This document shows, piece by piece, positions 28,024-37,896 of a DNA stretch of 64,000 nucleotides (position 1 is the first letter of the stretch; each line of letters opens with the position of its first letter). The notes below the pieces were generated by a model, which worked only from the letters and a program-made list of their open reading frames with translations, searched no databases and was not told the DNA's origin. Both the position numbers and the translations under genes were made by a program. This DNA comes from a virus. Taxonomy: Duplodnaviria > Caudoviricetes. The DNA lies in the IMG/VR virus record IMGVR_UViG_3300020365_000001; one strand, 5' to 3'.

Positions 28024-29987
28024 TAGTTTAGAATATCCAGATAAGAATAGGTGTCTATTCCATATTTATTGGCACCAAAAGCACCAAAGGGAAGAACTGC
28101 TGAATCGTCAGATGATTCAGATGCCTGATTCTGTTCTCCACCTTGATCTACCATCTCTTGGGGTTTGAATAGCAGTTCTGGCAACAAAAATAATGGTGCA
28201 AGTATACTATTCATATCATTACCACCACCAGTTTTAGACTTTGAAAAAGGATTGATGCGGTCTAAGAAGTTTCTCATCAACCCACTTCCAGATTGTTGTG
28301 CTTCTTCTGCCCTACGTTGAGAAAGGGGTCCTTGAATGTCCCTTCTTAGTTGATCCGCAGCTCTTTGAGATCTGATATTATCAACTCCCCGTCCTTTGTC
28401 AAGGAGTGAATCTCTTATTGCATCAAGTCTGCCTCGGAATCTATTGAACATATCTCTCACTGTTTCCCTTTTACCCATCGGTGCATCATCTATCGCTCTG
28501 AAAAGATCATTCACTCCACTAGGTTTCTCAGGAACTTGAGGTTGAGTTGTTTTTGTTGGTTTTCGTGGTTTACCAAAAATTGTGTCCATAGTGCGCTGAG
28601 TTTGGGCAGATGGCACTTGGAATTGTGATGGTTTTATTTTAGGATCAACTATTCTAGTGTTGACAGACGTATTTCCTCTGACATTACCTCCTCGTCGAGT
28701 CATCCCCCGAATCATACTACCAGTAATAGGTAACTGATTGAGTACGTCTTGTGCGACAAGGAAACCACCTATGAATGGATTATCAAGGGTCTTCTGTGTA
28801 TATTCCCTACGAAGTGCAGTTTCTTCATTAGAGATAAATCGAAACCTAGGAAGAGACCTATTGGGATCAAATATTCCCGGACGCCGGGACATAATCAACC
28901 GACCATAAGGAGTATCTACCGTTTGAGTCTCCCCACCACTATCAACAAATGCTTTTCTCATGTCAGGAATAAAATTCCCAACTTCTGCCGGAATTGCTTT
29001 CCTTTGTATTGCTGCTAACTGCTCCTGAAAAGAAGGTGGTGTCTCGGGTGTTGGTTTTGATGCAGTCTGTCCACTAGGATCCGCAGGGGGTTCTCCTTTA
29101 GGTTCTGGTTTATTCAACATCTCGAAGATCAGGGGAAGACCAGTAACATCACCAGTTCTATCATCATCCCCAAACAGAAGATTTTCTAATTTAGTAACTG
29201 CTTCATCATAATCCTTATTTGACCCTTTCATTTTAGTGGGTCCAGATAGTCTAGCTTTTTGAATCTCTAATTGTCTACGTTTATCTGCACTCTGCCCGAC
29301 ACCAGTAAGACTATCTGAAATGTTGGCACCTAGAGATGCTCCAGTAAAACTACCAAGCAGACCACCCAGAACACCACCAATAGCAGCACCAGGAACAGCA
29401 CCAACTCCACCAAAAAGTGCGCCAATAGATCCACCAAGTAAAGCACCACCTTTGGCACCAGCAGCCATACCTGCCAAACCACCTGCTGTTGTGCTAAGTG
29501 CACCACTAACTGCCTGTGTTTGTGTCTGACCCTCTGACAGTCTCATTCCATAATCAACACCCGTCAATGCTGTAGTGGCAACAGCGTTGAATCTGCCCAT
29601 TCGCAGACCACCACGCAAACCACCCCTACCAGGAACTCTGCTCCTAGGTCCAGGAACAATTCTGTTTCCAGGTTTTACTCTACCACCACCAGGACCAGGA
29701 CGACCACCGCGACCAGGACGACCACCAGGACCACCACGACCACCCCTAATTTTACGAAGAAGACCAGCACCCGCAGCACCCAGTCCAAGAGTGCCTAATA
29801 AAGAACCAGGAGAAAATGGATTCTTCTGATCTTCCTGTGCTTTTTTTAGATCTTTCCTAAAACTTTTATAAACTTCTTCTCTTTTTTTAGAAAGTTTTTC
29901 TCTCGCTGCAAGGTTCCTCTGCTCACCTTGGTGAACAACTTGATTGCGGCGAATTATTAGTTGAGATACTGCTACAATATTCTGCAT
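28023..29987 (-). CDS. Tape-measure/baseplate hub-like tail protein
   Basis: N-terminal coiled coil, Gly/Arg-rich tract, glycine zipper GALLGGSIGALFGGVGAVPGAAIGG; synteny with gp51/gp26. Confidence 0.6.
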   Translation of the reverse strand: MQNIVAVSQLIIRRNQVVHQGEQRNLAAREKLSKKREEVYKSFRKDLKKAQEDQKNPFSPGSLLGTLGLGAAGAGLLRKIRGGRGGPGGRPGRGGRPGPGGGRVKPGNRIVPGPRSRVPGRGGLRGGLRMGRFNAVATTALTGVDYGMRLSEGQTQTQAVSGALSTTAGGLAGMAAGAKGGALLGGSIGALFGGVGAVPGAAIGGVLGGLLGSFTGASLGANISDSLTGVGQSADKRRQLEIQKARLSGPTKMKGSNKDYDEAVTKLENLLFGDDDRTGDVTGLPLIFEMLNKPEPKGEPPADPSGQTASKPTPETPPSFQEQLAAIQRKAIPAEVGNFIPDMRKAFVDSGGETQTVDTPYGRLIMSRRPGIFDPNRSLPRFRFISNEETALRREYTQKTLDNPFIGGFLVAQDVLNQLPITGSMIRGMTRRGGNVRGNTSVNTRIVDPKIKPSQFQVPSAQTQRTMDTIFGKPRKPTKTTQPQVPEKPSGVNDLFRAIDDAPMGKRETVRDMFNRFRGRLDAIRDSLLDKGRGVDNIRSQRAADQLRRDIQGPLSQRRAEEAQQSGSGLMRNFLDRINPFSKSKTGGGNDMNSILAPLFLLPELLFKPQEMVDQGGEQNQASESSDDSAVLPFGAFGANKYGIDTYSYLDILN

Positions 29988-29988
29988 A

Positions 29989-31740
29989 TTACGTTACCAA
30001 CAAAGATGGGGAATTGTAATTAGACAGAAGACTCAAATTCGCGATAGCATTACCAGTACCAGTAAAAGAAACTGCCTCTACTTTTACATCACCATTACTT
30101 GGTGGAGGAGCAGCACCTTGAATGGGTGTTGGTGGAGGAATTGCCGATGCCACATCCCCACTCGGAAGGATTGGCAATGATGATTGTAAATCCTCTTCTG
30201 TTGGAGCTTGTTCAGTCTCTAATGCTGGGGGGTCAATATTAGCAGGAGAATAATTCTCCGGTCGAACATCATCGACTTGCTGCGAACGAGGTTCTAATGA
30301 TGTAGGAGAAATATCAAAAACAAGACCGCCCAATGGCATGTCGAACTTTCTATCATCACCATGTCCAGTTTTAGTGAGTATCTTACCACTAGCATCTCTA
30401 GTTTGAACAGATGCACCATAACCTGAACTCTCATTATATACTAAGGATCTTCCTCCTAAAGTTGGCACCAATATTTCAGCATTTTCAGCACTGTCACCAA
30501 AACGATCCTCATTCGCTTTATTGATATAGTAATCAATACTATTGAAGTCACTGTGTAAACTATGTGAGTGAGCAGCAAAACTATCGTTTAGCAGTTTTAC
30601 TTTCTCATCATAAGTCATATCACTACTATATCTTCTACCTGCTACTGCCGTATTTGACATCTCCATTGTTCTACCTTGCGCTTCATATCCTGCTGCAAGT
30701 TGATCCATCATTTTGACAACATCTTCCATCGGAAGATCTTTATTGAATTTCGTATCCACATGATATGAATTTCTACCATCAGGGGTAGGTAACATACCAA
30801 TAGATTCCTCAGGTCCAGTAAGTAATCCAGACCTGAACGCTTTGGTTTCACTAGCATTACCATATATTTTGGTTCCATCCGGATCCTGATAAGGATCTCT
30901 TTCTCCTTTCTTGGTAGATTTATCTTCCCCTTTACCGTCTACTAATTCTTCTCCTTTCTTAGAAGATTTATCTTTTTCATCTTCTCCCAGAGTCAATCCA
31001 GCAAGTCTATCTAAAGCTCTACTAAATCTTCTAGATATTGATCCAAATCTTTCAACATCACCTTGATTGATAATATTCTCGCCTGCAATTCCTTCTCTCA
31101 AGAATTGCCCACGTTTTTGATCAGCTGGTTGCTGTCCACCGGACATGGAACCAAGTGCCATTGCTCCTAGAGCAAGTAGTGCCATGATACCACCGGCACG
31201 TCCTCCTCCACCCATTCTACCTCCACGAGGAATTCCCCCTCCGGCTCTTACACCACCTTGTGGTACCCTTCCTCCACCTCTGTTACCACCAGAAACCGCC
31301 CTGATGCCGAGTATAGTGGCAACCCCTCCTGCTATCTCTGGGAGATAAGAAAGTGCGGCAGTGCCAGCATCAACAGCAGCATTACCAAAATCACCCTTGG
31401 TAAGGTTGAGGATTGCAGAAACAAATGATACTTTGCCAATAAAATCCCTGATACCAAAGAAACTAGTCTTCAGTAGTTCTAGGTTTTTTTGATCTTTTTT
31501 GACAATTTTAGCTTCTCTATTCAGTTCTCTTCGTCTTAGTCTAATATCTTTCTGAAGTTCCCTACGGGTAGCTTTCATGCTGGCATCCATTCTCTCCATA
31601 TCCAGGAGAATGCTACCAAGTCTTCTAGTTACCTTAGTCTGATTATCAACAACCGAATCAGCAGTTTCTTGTGCACGACTTACCTCGCTCTGTATAGGAG
31701 CAAGTAAGGGTGTTACTGCTGTGACGGTGTTGCTATCCAT
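29989..31740 (-). CDS. Tail-associated protein with putative (permuted) M23-like peptidoglycan hydrolase domain
   Basis: Coiled coil and Gly-rich N-terminal half; YHVD, H..SIDY, GYGA and TGHG motifs. Confidence 0.6.
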   Translation of the reverse strand: MDSNTVTAVTPLLAPIQSEVSRAQETADSVVDNQTKVTRRLGSILLDMERMDASMKATRRELQKDIRLRRRELNREAKIVKKDQKNLELLKTSFFGIRDFIGKVSFVSAILNLTKGDFGNAAVDAGTAALSYLPEIAGGVATILGIRAVSGGNRGGGRVPQGGVRAGGGIPRGGRMGGGGRAGGIMALLALGAMALGSMSGGQQPADQKRGQFLREGIAGENIINQGDVERFGSISRRFSRALDRLAGLTLGEDEKDKSSKKGEELVDGKGEDKSTKKGERDPYQDPDGTKIYGNASETKAFRSGLLTGPEESIGMLPTPDGRNSYHVDTKFNKDLPMEDVVKMMDQLAAGYEAQGRTMEMSNTAVAGRRYSSDMTYDEKVKLLNDSFAAHSHSLHSDFNSIDYYINKANEDRFGDSAENAEILVPTLGGRSLVYNESSGYGASVQTRDASGKILTKTGHGDDRKFDMPLGGLVFDISPTSLEPRSQQVDDVRPENYSPANIDPPALETEQAPTEEDLQSSLPILPSGDVASAIPPPTPIQGAAPPPSNGDVKVEAVSFTGTGNAIANLSLLSNYNSPSLLVT

Positions 31741-31912
31741 TAGCGTTTTGTATCTCTAACTTTTGCTTTTCTAAGAAGTTTGACAGGTATTTTACATATA
31801 CCTCTCGTTCCCATGGTATAAGACTTTCAATATCACTTAGCGACCAATGATGATGCTGCAACAATGCAAAGTTTACTTCCATATGTGCATCAATCGTCGT
31901 ATGGTACATCAT
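31733..31912 (-). CDS. gp51: Baseplate hub assembly catalyst gp51
   Basis: Hand translation MMYHTTIDAHMEVNFALLQHHHWSLSDIESLIPWEREVYV...; TAATG coupling to gp26. Confidence 0.85.
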   Translation of the reverse strand: MMYHTTIDAHMEVNFALLQHHHWSLSDIESLIPWEREVYVKYLSNFLEKQKLEIQNANG

Positions 31913-32634
31913 TATCCGAAAAAATTTGCCATACCCTCAATAACAACTTTAGTTTCTACTCCTGTGTTAGGATTTTTGACACTACCCTCATATTTCAAAC
32001 GAGGCATTGTCTCAAAGTACTCTTCAATTTTTTTGAATTGCTGAGAACTAAGTTGCTCAATAAACTTGACAATTTCAGACTGGGTACAATCTGATGATGT
32101 CCACGCTTCGTCTTCTGTGTAGATAGTATCTACACACTTTGCAACTGCTTTGAAAGCATCATCAATCTTTGCTTTTTCTGTAGTATCAACAGTAAAGTTC
32201 TGTTCCATAAACTCATGCATGGAAGGATACTTTAGTTGAATACCGATTCCTCCACCAAGATCAATTTTATCTGTGTGGTTATCAGGTACATCAAGACCAA
32301 TGTCTGACATATGAATCTGCAAAGGAACCTGAGTCTCAGGATCATCATCACAAGTAATCAACAGATCAACAGTCTCTCCAACAGATTTGCCCCGAATATT
32401 CAAAAACAAATATTCAAGATCAAAACTAGGCAAAGTTTCAATTTTGACACGTGAGAGTACACATGCTTTCAAAACTTCCTTTACTGTAGAAATAATGTCT
32501 TTTTGATTACCACTTTCTAGAGCAATCAAAAGTGCTTTTTCTTCCTTGACAAGAAACGGACGATATTTGACTGGTTTGCCGGTGGAAAGCAGAGTAACTT
32601 CAAAAGTAGGCGCTACGACCTTTGGTAATGGCAT
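31912..32634 (-). CDS. gp26: Baseplate hub subunit gp26
   Basis: MPLPK...KYRPFLVKEEK...FDLEYLFLNIRGKSVGE. Confidence 0.92.
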   Translation of the reverse strand: MPLPKVVAPTFEVTLLSTGKPVKYRPFLVKEEKALLIALESGNQKDIISTVKEVLKACVLSRVKIETLPSFDLEYLFLNIRGKSVGETVDLLITCDDDPETQVPLQIHMSDIGLDVPDNHTDKIDLGGGIGIQLKYPSMHEFMEQNFTVDTTEKAKIDDAFKAVAKCVDTIYTEDEAWTSSDCTQSEIVKFIEQLSSQQFKKIEEYFETMPRLKYEGSVKNPNTGVETKVVIEGMANFFG

Positions 32635-32658
32635 AATTATTCAATTCAGTAACTTTAT

Positions 32659-33501
32659 TTAGAAGAGATTTTGACCAGTTAGAAACCGAGATCCAAGGTT
32701 TGCAATCGCTCCTACTGGATCTCGTAGAGCATCTGATACAAGTTCAATGGCACTACCATCACGTTCAGGCGGTGATTCTTCGCCAGGTGGTTCTTCCCCT
32801 GTTGATGGAATAGGAGATTCTTTGACAGTTCCAACTCCACGAGTTTCAATAAAGTAATTTTCGTATTTGAAGGTTACTGTAGTCTTGATTAGTTCTGCCT
32901 TGCCATATGCAAGAGGAGCGGCGATAATATTGGTTGGGAATGCTCTTTCAATATGGTAAGTAATAAACTGATTACCACCATCCCTTGACATAGAAGTAAT
33001 CTGCATACCACACTTGTAACTGTTGGGGTATTGCAATCTACGACCAGCATTTCTTGCACTTTGCCGACTTTTCTTATCTGCTTTGGGTTTTGTTCCGATT
33101 TGAATAGGGGAAATAAACTCCATCCAAGCATTGAAAACATCATTAGTAAAATAATCTTGGGTTGTATACCAAGTCAAGTTGATATCTGGATATCTACGAT
33201 ACATTGCATAGTCTTGGGACAATCCTTGGCGGAGTCCATCAACTTTAGAAGTTTGAATCTGAGAACCTGGCAACAATGCCTCAGAACAATGCATTGCTAA
33301 GAATTGACCAGGATCACCTCGTCCATTCCTATCATATTTTTTGACATATGACAACAACGCTCCACCTTCACCATCTCCAAAATTGATAGAGACATCATAT
33401 TGATTGTTGAACGCAGGATTCAACGCTCCATTTTTTGAGGAACCACTGATAATATCATTGGTCGTCAAAATTGCTCTGTCTAATCCGCTGGGCTTTGCCA
33501 T
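32659..33501 (-). CDS. Tail tube/baseplate tail tube initiator (gp19/gp54-like)
   Basis: CSEALLPG, FNAWMEFI, YPNSYK and AFPTNI motifs; synteny. Confidence 0.75.
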   Translation of the reverse strand: MAKPSGLDRAILTTNDIISGSSKNGALNPAFNNQYDVSINFGDGEGGALLSYVKKYDRNGRGDPGQFLAMHCSEALLPGSQIQTSKVDGLRQGLSQDYAMYRRYPDINLTWYTTQDYFTNDVFNAWMEFISPIQIGTKPKADKKSRQSARNAGRRLQYPNSYKCGMQITSMSRDGGNQFITYHIERAFPTNIIAAPLAYGKAELIKTTVTFKYENYFIETRGVGTVKESPIPSTGEEPPGEESPPERDGSAIELVSDALRDPVGAIANLGSRFLTGQNLF

Positions 33502-33536
33502 CCCTATCTAAATATACTATGGTCGTTATACTATGT

Positions 33537-33968
33537 ATGTCCTATCAAGGTCGCTATAGACCATCAAATCCCAAAAAGTATAAAGGGGATTCTAGGAACA
33601 TAATCTATCGCTCATTGTGGGAGCGTAAGTTTATGGTATATTGTGACAGAAAGGAGTCAATCCTACAATGGGCATCTGAAGAATTTCATATCCCATACTT
33701 TGATCCGACCACAAGAAAAGTTCGCAGATATTTTCCAGACTTCTACATCAAATATAAAAATGTGCATGGTCAGATAGTAGAGAAGGTTATTGAAGTAAAA
33801 CCTGCTAAACAATGTGCTCCTCCAACCACAAAAAGGAGAACCAAGAAGCACATCTACGAATCTCTAGAATATGCCAAGAATTTAGCAAAATGGAAAGCAG
33901 CAGAAGAATTTTGTGCTGACCGAAAGTGGGAATTTCAAGTCATGACGGAGAAGGAACTTGGAATATAG
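33537..33968 (+). CDS. gp4: Head completion nuclease gp4
   Basis: YRPSNPKKYKGD, YRSLWERKFM, RYFPDF, IEVKP, AKWKAA. Confidence 0.93.
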   Translation: MSYQGRYRPSNPKKYKGDSRNIIYRSLWERKFMVYCDRKESILQWASEEFHIPYFDPTTRKVRRYFPDFYIKYKNVHGQIVEKVIEVKPAKQCAPPTTKRRTKKHIYESLEYAKNLAKWKAAEEFCADRKWEFQVMTEKELGI

Positions 33969-34383
33969 AGATGAATTCCCAAATTCTACTTTAGTGAGTG
34001 AACCTGCCCCAGGATCTATTTCATTGTTTCACTATACGGCAAAAACTGCCTTGAAACTACCATACTACGACAGAAATCCTCTGTGCTATGTGGTGGCAAG
34101 AGAAGGTAGAAATATTTTCTACGGAATCAACTTACATTATCATCCACCAGCAAGTAGAGAGTCGTTGATACGATATATTGATTCAGGCAGTGACTTTACA
34201 CGTCTCAGGGGTTATCATAAATACCTAAAATCATATGTAAATAGTCCATTTCTTCAAATTTCGATGGAAGAGTGGGGTAAAGCAGTAGCACTCGACTCTG
34301 AGCAATTTGTTAGAGACCTTGGTGCTATTGAGATTGATATTAGTCCCTCCACGGTGTATCGAAAAGGATTTTATAAGGATTAG
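33958..34383 (+). CDS. gp2: DNA end protector gp2-like
   Basis: LPYYDRNPL and GINLHY motifs. Confidence 0.8.
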   Translation: MEYRDEFPNSTLVSEPAPGSISLFHYTAKTALKLPYYDRNPLCYVVAREGRNIFYGINLHYHPPASRESLIRYIDSGSDFTRLRGYHKYLKSYVNSPFLQISMEEWGKAVALDSEQFVRDLGAIEIDISPSTVYRKGFYKD

Positions 34384-34386
34384 AAT

Positions 34387-36066
34387 ATGACATCATCAGC
34401 ACCACGCAATCCAATACTAAATCCTTCTGGTAACGCTCCTCGACAGGTTTCTACTTGCATTTATAAGAGTAAATGTACTGCAACCAATGGAAAGAAGCGA
34501 AAAGTTACCGTAAATGGCAACGAATATCGAATGCTGCTATCTGCGGACATGAACGATAACAATTTTGCACAGGTCTTGAGTCTGCAAAATATAACTAATA
34601 ATACAGTTTTAGGCAAAACTGATGCAGAGTTTACAAAGGTCATGGCGACCAATTCTGCAAAGAATGGATATATTGCTGCCATTGACAGCATGGCGCAAGC
34701 AGCAGATGAGAGTAAAAGATTACCGGAACTCAAACAAGCATTAGATAGAGTAGGTTTTGGCAATCTCTTGCAATTAGATGCATCAGGAAGACCTATACAA
34801 AATCTAAAAAGATTTGCAGGATCTTTGGCGGATCCAGCAACCCCTTTCTATGGAGATCAACTCGTAAACTCACTGCTGGGGTCAACCCCCATTCCAATCG
34901 GCAGTAGAGCAAAGACAACAGCTCAACTCAATACAACCGAAGTTGAAGATGCACCCGCTACGCCAATTCCAGCAGCTAAAGCTGATAAAATCGTAAACCT
35001 TTCATATCCAGTAGATGCTCTATACAGTAACAGCGAAGATGGTGCAATAAAAGAAGGTAACGACTATATTAGAATTGAAAGGTTTACATATAAACCACCT
35101 CAAGCAGATTTCCTGAATAGTCCTAATAATGCGATCGGGAACGTTCTAGCAGGAGGACTGAAAAGAGGTAGCAATCTATCCAAATTTATTGGTCTTGTCA
35201 AACTACCAATCCCAAATGATTTGAATGTTAGTAATGGTGTTGACTGGGGTGGTGCTAATGCAAACCCAGTTGAGGCAGCAGCATTTTTTGCAGCAAGAAA
35301 TAAAATCAAAGAAACTCTGAATAGTCCTAATAATGCCATACAAAACATTCTTAGTGCTATCGCAACAGGAGTTGGTGGTCTCAAGTCTCTAACACAAGTA
35401 TCAACTAAGAATGTAAACGCCCAAACTGCATTATCTGCTGCTATCGCTAAATTTGCTCTTTCTACAGTAAATATCAATGTTGATCCAGCACAATTTATCA
35501 CTAGAGAAACTGGACAAACATTGAATCCCAATTTAGAACTACTGTTTGCTGGTCCTAAGTTGAGAAATTTTGCTTTCCGGTTTGATTTTGCCCCCAACTC
35601 GGAAAGTGATGCGAGTGCTGCTCGCAAAATTCAACGATTCTTTAGAGAAGGTATGTTGCCCCAAGCAACCACTCCTGTTGGAGGATCAGGTGGTAGTGGT
35701 CCTGAGGATGCTCTCTTCTTAGGATCTCCAGATGTTTTCAGGGTTTCTTACTTCAATGGAGACAGGAGAATTAGAGGTCTTCCCATACATAAAATATGTG
35801 CACTGACGCAGTGTGCAATCAACTTTACTGATCAAGGTGTTTATCAATCATATCATGATTCTAAGGCAGGATCACAACCAGTAAGATCTCAAATGATTTT
35901 GTCGTTTACTGAGTTGACTCCTATATTCCGTGAAGATTACACTGGAGATGGACCAGACAACAAGCAACTGTTTGGTGCTCAAGATGCCAGAAGGAGTACA
36001 TCTTCTGGTATCAAAGGTCCACTTATGGGTGAGAATGACATCACTGAGGAGGACATCGGATTCTAA
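34387..36066 (+). CDS. gp48: Baseplate tail tube cap gp48
   Basis: LPIPN, NPNLELLFAGPKLRNFAFRF and LSFTELTPI motifs. Confidence 0.88.
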   Translation: MTSSAPRNPILNPSGNAPRQVSTCIYKSKCTATNGKKRKVTVNGNEYRMLLSADMNDNNFAQVLSLQNITNNTVLGKTDAEFTKVMATNSAKNGYIAAIDSMAQAADESKRLPELKQALDRVGFGNLLQLDASGRPIQNLKRFAGSLADPATPFYGDQLVNSLLGSTPIPIGSRAKTTAQLNTTEVEDAPATPIPAAKADKIVNLSYPVDALYSNSEDGAIKEGNDYIRIERFTYKPPQADFLNSPNNAIGNVLAGGLKRGSNLSKFIGLVKLPIPNDLNVSNGVDWGGANANPVEAAAFFAARNKIKETLNSPNNAIQNILSAIATGVGGLKSLTQVSTKNVNAQTALSAAIAKFALSTVNINVDPAQFITRETGQTLNPNLELLFAGPKLRNFAFRFDFAPNSESDASAARKIQRFFREGMLPQATTPVGGSGGSGPEDALFLGSPDVFRVSYFNGDRRIRGLPIHKICALTQCAINFTDQGVYQSYHDSKAGSQPVRSQMILSFTELTPIFREDYTGDGPDNKQLFGAQDARRSTSSGIKGPLMGENDITEEDIGF

Positions 36067-36725
36067 TGCCTTACTTTACAAATTTCCCCAAGGTTTTACT
36101 ACCTTCATTTTCAGACAACAGGACATCTAGTTTTGACTACGTTGAGACAACAAACATCTTCAAACGAGGTAAAATTCGTGATGATATTTTTGGAAGTCTC
36201 ACCGCATTCAAAAAATTTGTTATTGAGGGAGATGATCGTCCCGACAACGTAGCAAACACCTTATACGGTTCTCCAGATCTTGATTGGATTGTTCTCCTGT
36301 CCAACAACATTATCAACGTCAGGGATGAATGGCCCATGAATGGGTATGATTTCAAACGCTACCTCGACAATAAGTATGGTGGTCCAGAAAATCTAAACAA
36401 TATTCATCACTACGAAACTATTGAACGTAGAAACTCTGAAAATGTCGTAATTCAGACTGCTGGTCTAGAGTGTGATGCAAACCATACTTTTTCATACTCG
36501 GAGAAAGGTATAAACTACACAGAAACTGGATGTGTGTCTGTGTCGAACTTAGAATATGAAGAGAAGAAAAATGATGAAAAACGTCAAATTTTTGCTCTTC
36601 TCCCACAATATATTGGCGTCATCAAAGAAGATATGCGTGAAATTTTGACATATACTGATTCTAGTCAATTTGTCAACCGTAAACTCAAGAAAGGCGATAA
36701 TTTACGTATTGCTAGTCCTCGATAA
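36066..36725 (+). CDS. gp53: Baseplate wedge subunit gp53
   Basis: DRPDNVA...YGSPDLDWIVLLSNNI...EWP; IHHYET. Confidence 0.9.
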   Translation: MPYFTNFPKVLLPSFSDNRTSSFDYVETTNIFKRGKIRDDIFGSLTAFKKFVIEGDDRPDNVANTLYGSPDLDWIVLLSNNIINVRDEWPMNGYDFKRYLDNKYGGPENLNNIHHYETIERRNSENVVIQTAGLECDANHTFSYSEKGINYTETGCVSVSNLEYEEKKNDEKRQIFALLPQYIGVIKEDMREILTYTDSSQFVNRKLKKGDNLRIASPR

Positions 36726-37265
36726 ATGTTGAGGATTGTTGGGACTATGCGGAACGTCCCAAACTAGAGAATACCTATCAACAGGCCCTACGTTCTTTGC
36801 AGCGTGGGGTAATTTATTATGGAACCAGAAAAAAGTGCCCGGTGGGACTAACATTTGCTCATCACCGACTCTATACAAATAAGTCCCCTGTAGGGACAAA
36901 TGGTATCTGTCCTTTTTCTTATAATACTCTCCTCGGTCAATATGCTCTCCTACACTGCCTCCGGGCAATAATCGGAAAAATGCTGCTCTGCCCGTTTCGG
37001 TAATATTGTACTTTTTCCAAAATTCATGCACTTTTGGATATAAGTCGTATAATGGGGTTTTTGCTTGTCCCATGGCATCATGAGGATCTTCACCTCTCTT
37101 GACTTGTGCCCAAACAAGGGGTAAGAACCCATATGGGTTTTTGTCGCCACCAATCTTTCTTTGAGTTTGCGTTGCCACCCAATCCCAGTGTTTTGGATCT
37201 ATTTCATCCAAAAACGGTTTTACATCAATATTCTTCTCGATGATAACAATGTTTTTGTATGCCAT
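36702..37265 (-). CDS. Aspartyl/asparaginyl beta-hydroxylase-like 2OG-Fe(II) oxygenase
   Basis: LLPGGSVGEHIDRG..RYHLSL..WFHNKLPHAAKN..DRYSLVWD. Confidence 0.8.
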   Translation of the reverse strand: MAYKNIVIIEKNIDVKPFLDEIDPKHWDWVATQTQRKIGGDKNPYGFLPLVWAQVKRGEDPHDAMGQAKTPLYDLYPKVHEFWKKYNITETGRAAFFRLLPGGSVGEHIDRGEYYKKKDRYHLSLQGTYLYRVGDEQMLVPPGTFFWFHNKLPHAAKNVGPVDRYSLVWDVPHSPNNPQHLSRTSNT

Positions 37266-37290
37266 AAAAATCTATAGGGGCAAAAAATAC

Positions 37291-37334
37291 CCGGAGTTTT
37301 TTTTGCCCTTTTCGGTAAATAAAAAGTCGTTTTT
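37291..37334. repeat. 44-bp A/T-tract element, copy 1 (overlaps a GGGCAAAAAA...TTTTTTGCCC inverted repeat)
   Basis: 35/44 ungapped identity to 44895-44938. Confidence 0.7.
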
Positions 37335-37896
37335 AGTCCAGGATACGAAGATGACATGCTACAGATACCCTGTCCCTATCCGATCTATTCACGTCCACAT
37401 AATGAACCAGGTTACTGTTGAAAAACACCCCATGGTTTGCCTTGGGAGTCAGAACAAGAGCATTCCGATCAGTCTTAGGTCTGACTGATGTATTCCAATG
37501 CTGCTGAGGATATGGGTTCATGATAATCAAATCACCCGACTTCCTAGGTGCTTTCAACCAGAATACTCCACTAATCTCTCCAAAATTATGATGATGCATA
37601 CAGTTTGATGCACCAGGACCATTGACATTTGCAAAGAATGAGGTAAACTCTAATGCATTGACTTTCTCATGCATATTGCAATATTCTAACGCTCTCTGAT
37701 AGATCAAGACCTTCAGGTTCTGAAGTTGGTCTCGACCATTCATCAGTTTCTGCCACCCATCTACGTTAGAAAACCCATCAGATTCAGGTTTCTCATCCCG
37801 AGTCTTATAGATCTCACTAAGAGAAGAGTCCAGGAGGGGGAGTTTATCCCCTTCCCAGACTCCAATCAATTCAGAAAATCTGAATGTCTGCATCAT
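37333..37896 (-). CDS. 2OG-Fe(II) oxygenase (TIGR02466-like)
   Basis: FANVNGPGASNCMHHH..ISGVFWL..FNSNLVHYV..DRVSVA. Confidence 0.85.
   Translation of the reverse strand: MMQTFRFSELIGVWEGDKLPLLDSSLSEIYKTRDEKPESDGFSNVDGWQKLMNGRDQLQNLKVLIYQRALEYCNMHEKVNALEFTSFFANVNGPGASNCMHHHNFGEISGVFWLKAPRKSGDLIIMNPYPQQHWNTSVRPKTDRNALVLTPKANHGVFFNSNLVHYVDVNRSDRDRVSVACHLRILD

Noticed and set aside
33471-36725. Strand switch of gp4-gp2-gp48-gp53 as a recent inversion
   Set aside because: This orientation is the usual arrangement in T4-like phages
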